Shown here: positions 39,001 through 50,864 of the stretch, in pieces | Layout of the letters: every line of letters begins with the position of its first letter | Position numbering within the stretch: position 1 is the first letter of the stretch | NCBI GenBank assembly: GCA_964187785.1 | Contig: OZ076415.1 | Span: forward strand, 55,924,001 to 55,988,000 | Reading direction: 5' to 3' | Origin: Amphiscolops sp. MND2022 | Lineage: Eukaryota | Length of the DNA stretch: 64,000 nucleotides | Made by a program: the position numbers and the translations under genes | Notes under the pieces: model-generated | Seen by the model: only the letters and a program-made list of their open reading frames with translations | The model's database searches: none | What the model was told of the DNA's origin: nothing

Positions 39001-42000
39001 TACTGGTGCAAGTAATAGAAAATCTGCGCTGTGGAATTTTTAGCTTTTGGCGTTCGTATAAAAGTCCCATTGTTTTTGCTCAAAGCCCAGACGATAGACA
39101 GAGCTATGCTAATCACGTTGTCGGACCGTCGGATTCGTGAAAGCAGCTGAAAAGGCTGGCTATAGCATGTTTTGTTACGGCTCAATTGGCAAACTCGGTG
39201 TTTACTTAATTAGACGATACTTCTCGCCACTTAAATGCAAAGTATAATTGACGTCAACAATGAAATGATTCAAATCAGCTAAGTTAGTGTCGATCTCGTA
39301 GAGAAATCAGCTAAGTCATTGTCGATCTCGTAGAGAAATCAGCTAAGTCAGAGTCGATCTCGTAGAGAATCAGCTAAGTCAGTGTCGATCTCGTAGAGAA
39401 ATCAGCTAAGTCAGAGTCGATCTCGTAGAGAATCAGCTAAGTCAGAGTCTATCTCGTAGAGCGAATTTTACAAAGTCCCACTATTGGTCGGAATTTTTCT
39501 AAGATATCACACTGAAAATCGTCACATTGAAAATCTTTAACCCCCCAAACGGTTTTTCCCAAAGACTATTAATCGTAGAGACCTGAAAGTTGGTACACGC
39601 ATACCTGAGCAGTTACCCGAGTCGAGACCTCCCAGTTCCGGGCTATTACCACTGGAAGTGACCTAGGTAGACTCCCATATGAACTCGTCGGTGGAGCATA
39701 AAGTAAGTCATATAACATATGGACTCGATGCCCCATAGGATTTGAAGCCATTTACGCATAATTTTGGAAAGCTACGACGCGCGTAGGAGGAGCATAGATC
39801 CTGTGTAAATAAACCCCGAACGTTATGTAAATAGCCACCGAATTCCACCAATTGACCCGAGGAACATGAAACTTACCTAAGAGGTTTACCTAGCAACCCT
39901 CTGTAATATACACGAAAAATACATTAATACACCATGCGCGGAGTAATATTTAAGGCACGTTGGACCGGGCGTGCGGGCCCGACCGATAAATGACATTTGA
40001 CCTTGGCCTGTAATATCTCAAACGAACTGGAATAACGAGTGTAGTCGATTTTTAACGTTAATGAAGTAGTATTTGTGTCCCATGCGGGGGTAACCGCCCT
40101 GAGTAAACAAACGATACGCATGTAACTCGTGAACCATTGACCCTATGACAATATAACTTGACATGTAGCAACTTTGGATGAGTACAAATAACTTCAATGT
40201 CACGGAAGAACCTCAAGGGCATCATATATCCTCAACCCCTGAACATATAGAAGAACTTACTATAAAACATGTTAATCAGTGTCTTTGCACGATAATTTTT
40301 GCATTTCAGTCAGGCGAGAAGATTCGCGTTGTATCGCACTTAGAATGATGAAGAGGTGCCCCTTACGCGTAGAGGACATATAAACCATGTAATTGAAGAT
40401 CATTGAACAGCACTCTCGACATTAGAATAATCTCGGGTGACTTGAAATATTAAAATGTTAGCTGTGTACAACTCTTGTTAAATTATTTGTCTTTGGAGGT
40501 AAAGAATGCTTAGTCGAAGTGTAACCAGTAGCGTTCGCCTTGCAATAAAAGGAAATAGCAAACATGGAGCAAATGCCAAGTATGGTGAAACGCGAAGATG
40601 AAACCACCCAAAACACGTGCGATGAATCAACACAATTGAGGCGGAATTAGAACAGCCACAACGGAGTTAGAGAGCTACAAGCAAGTTGAGCCTTTGGACG
40701 AAGGCAAGAAACTTAGCTAAGCTAGAGAACTCGTTCGTCAGGAGTAGTACTAACAAGATGGGTACGTCTAAAGTCGACGCTATATCTAAGGCTCAAAAAG
40801 CGCAGGTTTTGAAAATTGTAAAAGGGGGGACCCTTTGGGCTTGTTGAAAATCCAGTTTGTTGCAGAATATTAAAAAAATGCAGGGGCCCTCTGAAGGAAA
40901 ATGAAGTTTCGAGAAAAAAATTAGCACAATTCCTAGAAAAAATTGAAAGAGGGGACCCTTCAGTGTCCTCCGCTTTCGCAAATGCTCGAAAAAGTTCATG
41001 GCCAAAGCAGCGACTGGAACTCGTGACCGGGGGCCTTTCATGCTCGATAAGACTGGGAACAAAAATTTTTTTTTCGAAAAAAAATTCGTATTTTCGGAAA
41101 ATGTTGCATAGTGCGGAAAATGTAAAAGGGGGGACCCTTTGGGATTTATTAACATACATTCTGTTGCAAAATATCAAAAAACTCGAAGGGGGACTCTTTT
41201 GAGACATTAAAAATGCACTAAGTTTCCGCTGGCCCGACTTGGCCTAAGGCATTAGTGGTTTCTGTTGTAGGAAAAGTGGACCAATCAGGGTGAGGATTGT
41301 AGTCTGACGAAAAAAAAATAAAAACTAGCCACTGTAATAGTCGGTCTCTTTTCACTAGAAAAGCGCCTACTAGAAACAACAAGCCGGGACCGGCCCAAGT
41401 CGGCGCCATATCCAAGGCTCAAAAATAGCAAAAAGACTTCCAAGTGTCAAGTACTCTTTTACAGTACTCGAAAATCGAAATTTTTTGAAAATTTTTTTTT
41501 TTGAAAAAATTACGTACTAAAAAAATTGGACCGAGTGGCGCGCCGGGGCTCGCTAGCGCGAGCCCTTGGCGCGCTAACGTCTCACAATGCCAAAAAACTG
41601 AAAGGGGGGACCCTTTGAGGTTTTTCAACATCCATTCTGTCGCAAAACATGAAAAAATTGAAGAAATTTTTTTTTATTTTCGGGAAAAAATCTCACAATG
41701 CCGAAAAAAACTGAAAGGAGGAACCCTTTGGGATTTTCCAACATCCATTCTGTCGCAAAACATCAAAAAAATGCAGGGGGGACCCTTTGAGGAAAAAAAA
41801 TTTCGAAAAAAAAATTCCGAAAAAAAAATTTCTCGCAGTGCCGAAAAAAGTTGAAAGGGGGGACTCTTTGGTCTCTCCCGGTATGGTATATTACGCGGAA
41901 AAACAGGTAAAACCATTTTGGTCCAATTCGCTAGGCCAAATGGTGCAATTTGACACCATAATATTTTGTAGAACTTTTAAGAACTATTTTGGTCAGTTCG

Positions 42001-45000
42001 TGTGGATAGAAAAAAAAAGAGTCACTATAATAGTCGCGTTTCACTTCATGAAGCGCCGACTAAAAATTGTACAAGTCCGGGACTTGTGATCGCATAGTTG
42101 CTCGAATTGTGGATCTCAATCTTAGCTAGTTTTGTTATTTTGATTTCATAATTATTAGAAAGACGTTTGATTATCGCTATTGAAAGTAGTTTGATTATTG
42201 AACATCTCTTTTTGTGATCGATTGAGTTGGGCCGAAGAGCATACTGTAGAGAAACCTAGCCAAGCTACTTAACGCAAAACACTTATCCACCAAACAAAAA
42301 CTTTTTTCTGTTAGAGTTAGATTCTTGGGAAAGTCTCTACGCTCTCGCAATCTAAATTTTCTACATGCCCCTACTAAAATCGCCGATATGGATTGACGAA
42401 CTTTTCAAGCCTTGTCGATAACTTTGTGAAAGATATTGAATAATTTTTGGAGAATTTTGTTTCCTGAGAGTCTGGTCAAATTTGTTTCCTATAGTTGAAG
42501 TTTATCGAATTTGTGGCTTTCAGGAGTTTTTAAGCATAACAAAATTCATGAATTTAATTCTGGATACACAATATAATACCAGCAGTTTTTCACATACGAA
42601 TTTACTGGATCCAATAATAGATTTCATGTTTAAAAAAATCAGGTAAAAAAGATAATTCTTTTGATGGGTTCCAATAATTTAATGAATAAATTAAACTATA
42701 TAATTAGATTGGTCACCGCTGAGCAAGTAAGTTTTTTGACAGTGATCGCGCGAGTATTGAATTTCGACTTTTCAATTGCTCGCTGAGAGCTTTGACTACT
42801 TCCAAAGAAGTGATTCCAAAGTTTTTTTCGTTTAGTTGCATTATTTTTTGTTCGAATGTACAAGGGTGCTCCTTCAATCGAGCAACAAAAGCTTATAATC
42901 CAAGATTTGGATGATATGAATGAATCCTAATACGTTTGTACTTTTTTCCGAATCTGAGATGATTTTTGAAATGAGCACTTTTCTAACAGTGTGCATTGTA
43001 CCTTAAAATAAATAATTTGAATTGTACCCATGATAGAGGACGAGAAATAAGCGCTCAAAGTTGAAAAAGTTGGGTAATGTCACACTTTTTTGACAGAAAA
43101 TAGTGAAATTTGCCTGTTGAAATTGAATGGCGATAGGCTTCGTTTCGCCTAAAGAACGTTTTAAATTTCACGAAAAGAATTCACAAAATTAATTCTCATC
43201 AAATCTCACTAAAAAAGCTCGTGAAAAAAACATGGTGTTTATTTTTGATTACAACACTTCGTATTTCTGTAGCCCTTCGAAGCAGTTTGTACATTACTGG
43301 ATGGCCAATGGTGTCGGGCGAAAGTGCTCAGTGTGGATGAGGGACATGCAAATTTGTTCACTGTCGACTGGGGCGAGTATGCCAGGCAGCCGTTCAATAA
43401 AATCAGACCGGCGCCTCGCAACTGGATCTACAACCCCGTCACTAACAATGTCATCCTGGGACAGGCGGTTCACTTATGCTTGGAAGGTACGTTGCATCGT
43501 TCATGCATTCAACAAAAGCATGGACAATGTGTGCTTAGGAGTCTCAAAAGCCACGTTTTGCACCACAATTTGCCTTTCGTCTACGTTTAAATTCACTGGC
43601 AGTGCCATTTACTTGGAATCCCGAAGGTGTAAGCTCAAATGTCTCCCTATTTATATGTGGTGCCTGCGCGTAGTTTTTAGTAATTCCAGACTAGCGGAAA
43701 TATAACATGCAAAATTGAACCCAAAGTAATGAGTCAATGCATTCCATGATTTGATTGTGTCATTAAATAACAGTAGTTTTTAGCATGCTTGTGCTGATTC
43801 AATGAAAGTAAGACATACAATGGATTGGTATCAATTGATTTTTGTCCGTCTGTTTTTCTCACCTTTAAAAGACGTACATGTACTCAAAAAGTTGTGCTTT
43901 GTGTAGTGTTTTTAGTAGACCGAGCTTTCATTGTTGTGTTGGTGTCCTTTTCAATCCGTCTGTGTCAGCTAATCGCGAAACTTAACTAGTATTTTGAAAT
44001 TTAAAAATAAGTTTGAACGTTTTTAGTAGGAACTATTGTCATTATTACGGTTTTTGTTTCGATCATAATTTTCGATAGCTAATTCTGCAGTATTTTCATC
44101 TTGCACAACAATTACGGAAAGTCTACTTTTGAGACCACCAATTCTAAGTATTTTGGCTTTGTGAGATATTGAAGGTGTCTTTTTCTTTTGAGGATTGGGA
44201 TTGTACGGGATAGACGACTGTTTCACAAAAATGTATATGAAATCAACGATTTGGCTATACGAATTGCTATCAATCAATATACGAGCGATACGGAGCATCG
44301 TTTTCTGACACTATCACATCTTTGTTCTCACCGAATTTCGAAAAATCAAATGGGATTTAGAAATCACAGTTTTTATTCAATGAACTTCATTCTCACAATG
44401 CATCGATTGATTGGGTATATGAGGTATATGGAAAATCAGCCTTTTAATGTTATTAGAGAAAATTCGCATACTACTGCGGGGGATCTTCAAGATCAAATTT
44501 GCCGAATTTGGCATTATTCACGCTATCGAAGCGCGAACAGATCTTCTTGGACTTGTTCACTGTCGCATGAAGCCGATTGAGTCTTCATCACTACTTTTTG
44601 TCATCACTACTTGTTATTTTTTTAAGGAGTGGACCGGTCTGTGAAATATTCAACAGAGCACTTGAATATGTTCAGAAGCACCATTTTACCCCGTGACAAT
44701 ACAATCACTGTGCGGGTAGTTGACCTGAACAAACGCTGCCGATCACACCTGTGTCAGGTGTTTCTAACTGACCAAGCCGCTTTCAAAACCCCGAATGTGC
44801 TGCAGATATGCCACCAGAAGAACATCATTCCTAGTGATCCTCTTCCTATGCAACAACCAGGTATAAGTCACCTCTATTTGCGTGGACAGATTGTTGTATC
44901 TAACACAGATGTAAGGTTCCGAGGATGCATAGGTGTTACATTTTTCTCACTTCTAATTTAACAAAGTTGCGTTGAGCAAAAATTGAATCTGCTCATTTTC

Positions 45001-47711
45001 AGGTTTTTCTCTATTACTAGCATTTACTGGGAGCCGATTTTTGAGTTTCGCTTTCTGTTTAGAAAATTTTTCCAAAGTCCTGAAATTGACGCTAATATCT
45101 GCCGGAATAATTTTGTTTCACCTAATTTTTTCGTGCTTCAGAGCAGTGCGCTGACTTTTTGTAGTACTAATTTTCTTCATACTTTCGTTTCGGATCAACT
45201 TATTAATATTTCTGCTTTAGCAGGAATATTATTGTAACCTCAAACTTTCTACTTATTTTTTTTCAGAACAATTTTTGTCGTGATACTGAATAATTCAGAT
45301 ATTTTGTTCGGCAGTGACTGTAAGCGTGGGAAAGCTGCCGACAACAATTCAATTCTAGTGCGATGGAACGAGCGAGTGGTAATTATCCATTCGTATGCTG
45401 ACTTCATTGAGATGAAGCGAGCGAATGTTCGTAATTGTGCTTTCGTTGCCCCGAGTTATTGAGATGAAGCGAATGAGTGTTAATTATTCGTTCGTTGAGA
45501 GCTTCGCCTGCATTCAAATGCGAATGCGAAACTTCGTCTACGCTTAGTAGTTATATTTTCTTTGGTCCGAGAAGAATTAAAGACGGTGTAAACTTGTACA
45601 GTGATTACATGTAATTGTGCGCTAAATAATGATTGAACAAGAGTGTATTGGTATTCCAGATATGATTTTTATTTATGATTTTTTTGTTTCAAAAAAAATA
45701 AAGATTAAAGCAGAAATAGTACTGAGCCCCGGAGGGGCCTATTTTTGAGAAATGATCACTGTGGGGCCAACTGTGAGATATGGACACCAATTTTTGACAA
45801 ACATTTCGGACGATAGATAGCTGTCTTCATACTCTAGTAATACCATGTATTCGGAAAAGTTGTTGAGCCAATAGTTTTGACATTTCCAAAAAAAATGAGT
45901 TTTTGCGAACTTGCACGATCAAATTTCAAGGTGTTTGTAAAAGCTGTTTTGTAAAGCTTCTTGTGACATCTGTTTCATATAGCCATTCAGTTGAATTAAA
46001 CTTTCCATCAAAACTTTTTGTTTCAACTGCTCAAACCTAATTTGATATGTGCACTCTTCGTACTGTCTGCAACAATTACTTCCCATGAAAAACTGACACC
46101 ACCATTATTTAAGTTGCATTTAAAGCAAAAATCAATCTTCACCGGAAAAGTTTCATACCCAATCTTTATTCATGGAAGTTAGTTTTATGTATGAAGAAAG
46201 TTGACTTTTACTTAGTTTGGCAATCATCAGAATTCTGAATTACTAGTATGGTAAATGAGTCGTGGTCATCTATCTTGACAGACATCGAAATGTAAATTTC
46301 GAAGCATGTTTTAGTACCTAAAGCAGATATATGAAGCAAAAAATTTGGCTCAGTTTTGATCATGACATTCTCAAATAAGCAAAAATATAAACTAGATGGA
46401 ATTCTAGGTGGCTTTTGCATATGTAATTTTTCGGAATTTTACAAAGGTTTTAGATGAAATTTTTTGTCCGAAACTTTTTAGCAATCAACAGTGCAAACCG
46501 TTTCTCCTAGTGTACTGAACGAGAACTTCGTTGTTCCTTGCTTCCATATATCATATATACCATGTGAATCGAGGCGATCAAACTGACGATGTGACCATCC
46601 TTGTAACTTCATGAAAAGGGCAAAATTTCGGTTCTTTTTAAACAGCGTCTCAATTTACTTTCCCTAAAATTTAAAATTTTGACAAATAGTCGTTTCTTTT
46701 CGAATCGTGGATTCTTTTCGAAAAAATGGGGTATAGATGTATGTGGGTTAGACTTAAATGTCGCGTCTCAAATTATCTCATCCGCCGAACAATGACAGAT
46801 CTATCGAGATGAGTCATATTTGTAAAAAACTTGTTGCTAGATTTTTCCTGTTTTTCGCGGAATACTTGATTGATCTCAGTAGATCTGTCTTTATATTTTT
46901 CCAAATGCTTTTACGGAAGTTGGTTTTACCTTTTCAGTTTGGTTTGAAAAATACATCAGGATAATCAGTGTTCTTTTATTCTTTTTTCAGCAGTTGCTGC
47001 TGCGCAATTGGGTAGCTCTGCTGTTGCTCCGGAGCCAGAGCAAGAGCGCTCCGTTTCGATGACCCCATCTTCAAGTTGCAACGAGAGGAGAGTGAATGGG
47101 GTCGCTGGACCACCGACCTCCACACCCAAACAAGGTTTATAATTGACTAGTGCCACGGACAGACCCATTATCATCCGTTTTATAGGTCGTTCTAGATCGA
47201 AATTGCGATGACGTCAAAAATCTGTATAAAAATCTGTAGCTTTTAGTATAAAAAGCTTGCCAAAAAGTATCAAATAGCTGAAAGACAGTGTACTAAAAAT
47301 TACATAAGGCCTTCTAATCGACGCAATGTCGCTTCCCTACTTGACGACGCTTCTCGAGCTAATTGTATACTGAACAAATTGTAATTTTCCAATCAAAGAT
47401 TGATTTCATTTAACTTCCCTGTCGATATCAGCCATAGATTTTTTTCGAGTTGTGCTTTAACAAATGCCGCTCTGACGATATGATAGAATCGATGGAATAA
47501 CCAATGCCTTTTACGATGGGGCAAATTTATTGTGCATTTGATCTTCGTTTCAGAGTCCCTTGCAATTCCTGCGGAGTTTAATGCAGACGATTTCGACGTG
47601 CAACAAGAAATACTGAATCTTCGAGAAGAAGTTAAACAGCTTCGTGAGGAAGTGGCCGATCTTAAAATCGAAAATGCTGATTTAGTTCGGCTCGTCACTG
47701 GGACCAATTAA
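18093..47711 (+). CDS. 3xRRM + 2x extended Tudor + C-terminal coiled-coil protein (21 exons)
   Basis: Phase-consistent exons: 18093-18149, 18630-18724, 22819-22986, 23298-23389, 23555-23628, 24623-24720, 25903-26016, 26198-26323, 26654-26906, 28910-29200, 30857-30929 (or 30974), 32765-32897, 35138-35313, 35776-36083, 36476-36611, 37421-37542, 38303-38446, 43273-43486, 44627-44860, 46991-47134, 47554-47711. RNP motifs: KLVFRGVP/MGFVEF, KLCVYQV/NAFVTF, KLCIMPLP/CAFVEF. Tudor 2: VISPSEMYV..DGQWCRAKVLSVDEGHANLFTVDWGE..QAVHLCLEG. Tudor 1 is divergent: PGEVLL..DYSRVVV..VSVEDLDTC..ALIKC. An assembly gap lies in intron 11. Confidence 0.82.
20408..20820 (+). mobile_element. HINE-like family A copy
   Basis: 5' ttagtcggcgc..cgcgacta (subTIR plus partial inverted repeat); internal aaagggtcccc modules; 3' gcgccgact + gccg-gtcc-cggc + ttgtt. 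Confidence 0.85.
20978..21438 (-). mobile_element. HINE-like family A copy inserted in LINE RT
   Basis: Both termini are present; removing it rejoins the codons P-F-M-F-L-V-Y-I within a T-run. Confidence 0.88.
23745..24344 (-). mobile_element. HINE-like family A copy
   Basis: Plus strand aacaagacgggaacgtctaaagtcggcgc ... aatgcgccgactaaaa. Confidence 0.85.
27193..27758 (-). mobile_element. HINE-like family A copy (with internal GC hairpin)
   Basis: aacaagccgggaccggcccaagtcggcgcc at 27193; degenerate 5' end cttcatgaagcgccga at about 27755. Confidence 0.8.
28219..28664. mobile_element. MITE with gcgacaactcatatc subterminal repeats, copy 1
   Basis: Ends ggacgtacggcgacaactcatatcaagcgacaactcatatc / gatatgagttgtcgcttgatatgagttgtcgctatgccc. 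Flanked by a ccaattgg direct repeat (28213-28220, 28664-28671), so the TSD is 5 bp (caatt) or 8 bp depending on boundary choice. Confidence 0.8.
31419..31900. mobile_element. piggyBac-like MITE
   Basis: TTAA-ccttaagttgacc ... ggccaggttaagg-TTAA: CC/GG ends, TTAA flanks and a short imperfect TIR. Confidence 0.55.
32062..32261. other. Assembly gap (200 N)
   Basis: Run of N characters. Confidence 1.
33703..34463 (-). mobile_element. HINE-like family A copy (diverged); related fragments at 33230-33650
   Basis: ccagccgggaacggcccaagtcggtgcc at 33703; gcgccgactaaaaa at 34450; contains a tRNA-like segment at about 34255-34310. Confidence 0.7.
35884..36015 (+). repeat. Perfect in-frame 66-bp tandem duplication inside a coding exon
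   Basis: cagccggtgttagcgtggaagatctggacacttgcgcccagttctcagtggccctgcagaacttga occurs twice (35884-35949, 35950-36015). Confidence 0.97.
36901..37380 (+). mobile_element. HINE-like family A copy
   Basis: ttttagtcggcgcattttagtagaaaatgtgcccgact ... gcgccgattttggccgttctcggcttgtt. The internal sequence is shared with 20978-21438. Confidence 0.88.
38653..38905 (-). mobile_element. Family A 3' fragment
   Basis: aacaagctgggaacggccgaagtcggcgccatat plus internal modules; no 5' end seen. Confidence 0.6.
39272..39461. repeat. Minisatellite, 6 units of 31-32 bp
   Basis: (a)aatcagctaagtcag[t/a]gtcgatctcgtagag repeated head to tail with no spacers. Confidence 0.95.
40752..41373 (-). mobile_element. HINE-like family A copy (first of a tandem pair)
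   Basis: aacaagatgggtacgtctaaagtcgacgc at 40752; 5' end aaaagcgcctactag at 41360-41373. Confidence 0.8.
41378..42065 (-). mobile_element. HINE-like family A copy (second of a tandem pair)
   Basis: aacaagccgggaccggcccaagtcggcgcc at 41378; tagtcgcgtttcacttcatgaagcgccgactaaaa ending at 42065. Confidence 0.88.
45205..45746 (+). mobile_element. HINE-like family B, copy 2
   Basis: Same termini as 13021-13570; 3' stem-loop gcccc-gga-ggggc followed by ctattttt. Confidence 0.8.
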
Positions 47712-48059
47712 CTTTTCCAGCTCATAACTTATTCTCATATCTATTTGTTCTTTTTCATTCTGAGCTTCTTGATGATATTATTGTTTTACAGCAATTTGTG
47801 GGCTTTTTGCACATGACGAAGTCAATGTGCATTGCAGTCCAGCTAAGTAAGTTTTTTTCCACTATAGTCAACTTCATAATGAGCGCCTTTTAGATAAAAG
47901 CCAAAACCCCAGAGATATTCGAACCTGCAGCCTCCCGATTGCACGGCATAAGTGTTGACCACTGTGCCATAGGGACGTCATTGAACAAAGTTGAACTGTT
48001 GAATATATACGCATGCGATTAAAATAATATATACGTATATTAAAATAATCGATGTCTTC

Positions 48060-48095
48060 GTCATGTGTTGCGAAGCACCGCTTCGCCTCTGTGTT
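48060..48095 (+). mobile_element. Isolated family C 3' terminus
   Basis: gtgttgcgaagc-acc-gcttcgcctctgtgttaa, the same hairpin and tail as at 14336 and 53521. Confidence 0.55.
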
Positions 48096-48897
48096 AATGT
48101 CAAAGTTTGGACGTGGTCGCTTTGGACACTTTAAACACCATAGGTCATGAAAAATGAAATATTGCATCATCAAGAAGTGAGTTTCCTTGAAGTTCTTTTT
48201 TGAATTATGACTGATGTCCTAGATTAGGTCTCAGAATGAATTGCAAAGGCTTATGTTTTTCTTCTCAGTGGAGACATAATTCTTCTCGGTGGTTCGTTAT
48301 TATAAAACCGTTTTTGTTTGTTGAAACTTCTGACATTTCAACATTATATTTGAATTTATTTTCATTGATGAATTTATTTTCGTTTCTTTTGTAGTCATTA
48401 TTTACTTGAATTATCTTCATTCTCGTCCATTGAATATTCAAGTTACATATAGACTTGAATAACTGGCTAGCGTCGTTGAATCAGTGTTATTTTGCTGGTT
48501 AAAGTTGAAAACAAATCTTGCCGTGGGTTAATGATTGTCTAATCGCAAATTTCCACGGCGTAGACTAAAACGAAGAAAACACGTTCCAAAACCAATGGTG
48601 AATTCGGAAAAACTGAACTGAAATACGGTTAGGCAGAGGATTATAAGCTTTTGGAACAGACTAACAGAGCCGGAGAACATTTTCTCTAACTTGATCTTGA
48701 ATAATTAAGTTATTTGATCAGCAGTACAAATGGAACTCTAAACATGAAAGCGTTTTTTACATTGTTTTCGAACATGTGGAATTGATATCTAGAAACCGGT
48801 TACAACAATTTATGAAGAAGTCGCCGGGCAATTGTCTTGCTGCGGCATCAGCTCCAATTCGATCACTGACATATGTCGCACATACAGACATAAACTA

Positions 48898-49655
48898 CAG
48901 TAGCGTTCTAAAATATCGCAACCTCATAGCATAAAATGGCAAAATTCAAAACCAAGTATCTCATAAACTGTCTCGAATACAAAATTTTGCCAGCTAGGAA
49001 AGTTTCTTAAAATTTTATCTAGTTTACAAAAATGTTTGTTTGAAATTTCTACGACCGTTACCAAAAAAGTTGGAGATTGCAAATTTTAGTAAATTTTATT
49101 CAAAATTTGAGTTTTTTCGAAAATTGAGTAACTTAGAATAAATTTTTTTGGATTTTTTTTCATTGGGAAACTTCCTATAATTTCCCGAACCTACTGAATT
49201 GTTTTGATCGAGAATTTTTTTCGAATCAGAAAAATTACACTAAATTTTGTGTCTATGAGCACTGAAGTACATGTATTAAGATAGGCTATAAGAATTGTAT
49301 TTAGAAAATTGATGATTTTTATTTGAAATCGAAAAAGTTTTCAGATCAAATTATATCAGCATCCTCAGGAGATTTAGGGGCAAATGATTCACTGAAAATT
49401 TTTCAAAAATACATGTTCAATTTTGTGAAAATCCAGAAAAAGTACAAATTTGATTAAATTTTGTCAAAATTTCCAATTTCTAACTTTTGTAATTTTTGTC
49501 GCAGAAATTTCAAACAAACTGTTTTGTAAACTAGATAAAATTCTAAGAAACTTTCCTAGCTGACACTTTTCCGTATTTGTGACAGTTTTCAAGAAAATTG
49601 GATTTGAAATTTGCAATTTTAAGCATTGGAGTTGCGATATTTTAGAACGCTACTG
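48898..49655. mobile_element. Tc1/mariner-like MITE with long TIRs
   Basis: TA-cagtagcgttctaaaatatcgcaac ... gttgcgatattttagaacgctactg-TA. The inverted homology extends well over 100 bp (ctaggaaagtttctt..ttttatctagtttacaaaa). Confidence 0.85.
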
Positions 49656-50564
49656 TACAGATAGTTACATATCAATCCTCAACAAAAAAAGATGCCATTT
49701 TTATGGGTAACTTGGGCCGCAAGCTCGGCGTTACCTGTGATTAGAGCTAAGTTTGGACAGCTCAGCTTTGGAAAAGTGCCCTTTCTGCACCGTACAAAGG
49801 AAAAACGATGAATACAATCTATTACTATGCAACCACTTTAAAGCGGATCGCCAGACTAACGGATCCAAGTTATTACAATAAACCAAATCTTTCTAAACTT
49901 GACCAGCTTATGAATTGCAAATCAAAAAGTCGCGAAATTTTGCTTCTGGTCCAAAATTCTGGAATATTGCCGCAACATTCTTAATGAATGACTACTTTGA
50001 TTTCTTTTCATTATAGTTTATACGCTCATCATAAATTTCTGCTCACTGCTTGTTGGAACATAACAAGTTTCTAGTTTTCAGTTGACTTTGGTGGTTCATT
50101 TTTAGTTGAAAACTGACCGTTGCAGTGGTTTTTTTAGAGACCAGCGAACTGACATATTTCTATAAGCATTTCTCTGAGTTTCTGTACTCTCCCAAATTCC
50201 GTTATTTCCGAAGTTAACTGCTGTTTCCTAGGAAGAAGGCGGAGGTTCGGAAATATTGCGATTTATCCGAATTTTGGACGTTTTATCCAAATTAAATTGC
50301 CTTTCTAATTATATCCGAAGTAATAGATGTTTCTGGTGGGAAAAGATGAGAAATATCTGAGTTTTTCGATATTTCTGTTAATGAAAGCAAAAAAGCTTTT
50401 CTAAAGCCAAAAAAAGTCCCACTTTGTGTTTTTTGTTACTGTGAAATTGGGAATTGATGCAAAAGAGAAATCTTGAAGCTTTGAAGTACTCTTGCTCTTT
50501 TTGAGCCAGCGCGGTGCCGACTTATGCTGTTCCAGGCTTGTTTCTCATACATATATGAAAACTG

Positions 50565-50864
50565 AACAAGTCGTGAACGGCTCAAGTTGGCGCCATATCT
50601 AAGTATCAAAAATCCAAAAAATGTTATAGTACTGGAAACTTGACCCTAAAGCATTACTTTGGACCCAAATTTTGTGAAAGTTTGGGGAAAAATTGAGTTA
50701 TACGAGAAATAAAAACGTTTTATCCGAACTTTGAAGACGTTATTACTGAACATTGAAAACGTTGCATCCGTACTTTGAAAGAACTCTGTAAGAAAAATGG
50801 ACCACATAGAGTGAGATTGTCAGCTGAAAAAATTACCCATTGCAATAGTGGGGCCGACTAAAAA
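50565..50864 (-). mobile_element. Diverged family A copy, facing another family A 3' end at 50505-50542 (+)
   Basis: aacaagtcgtgaacggctcaagttggcgccatatctaag ... gccgactaaaa; gccgacttatgctgttccaggcttgtt lies just upstream. Confidence 0.6.

Noticed and set aside
39272-39461. CRISPR-like array (repeat length about 32 bp)
   Set aside because: Units are directly adjacent with no unique spacers, there are no cas genes, and the context is eukaryotic; it is a minisatellite.
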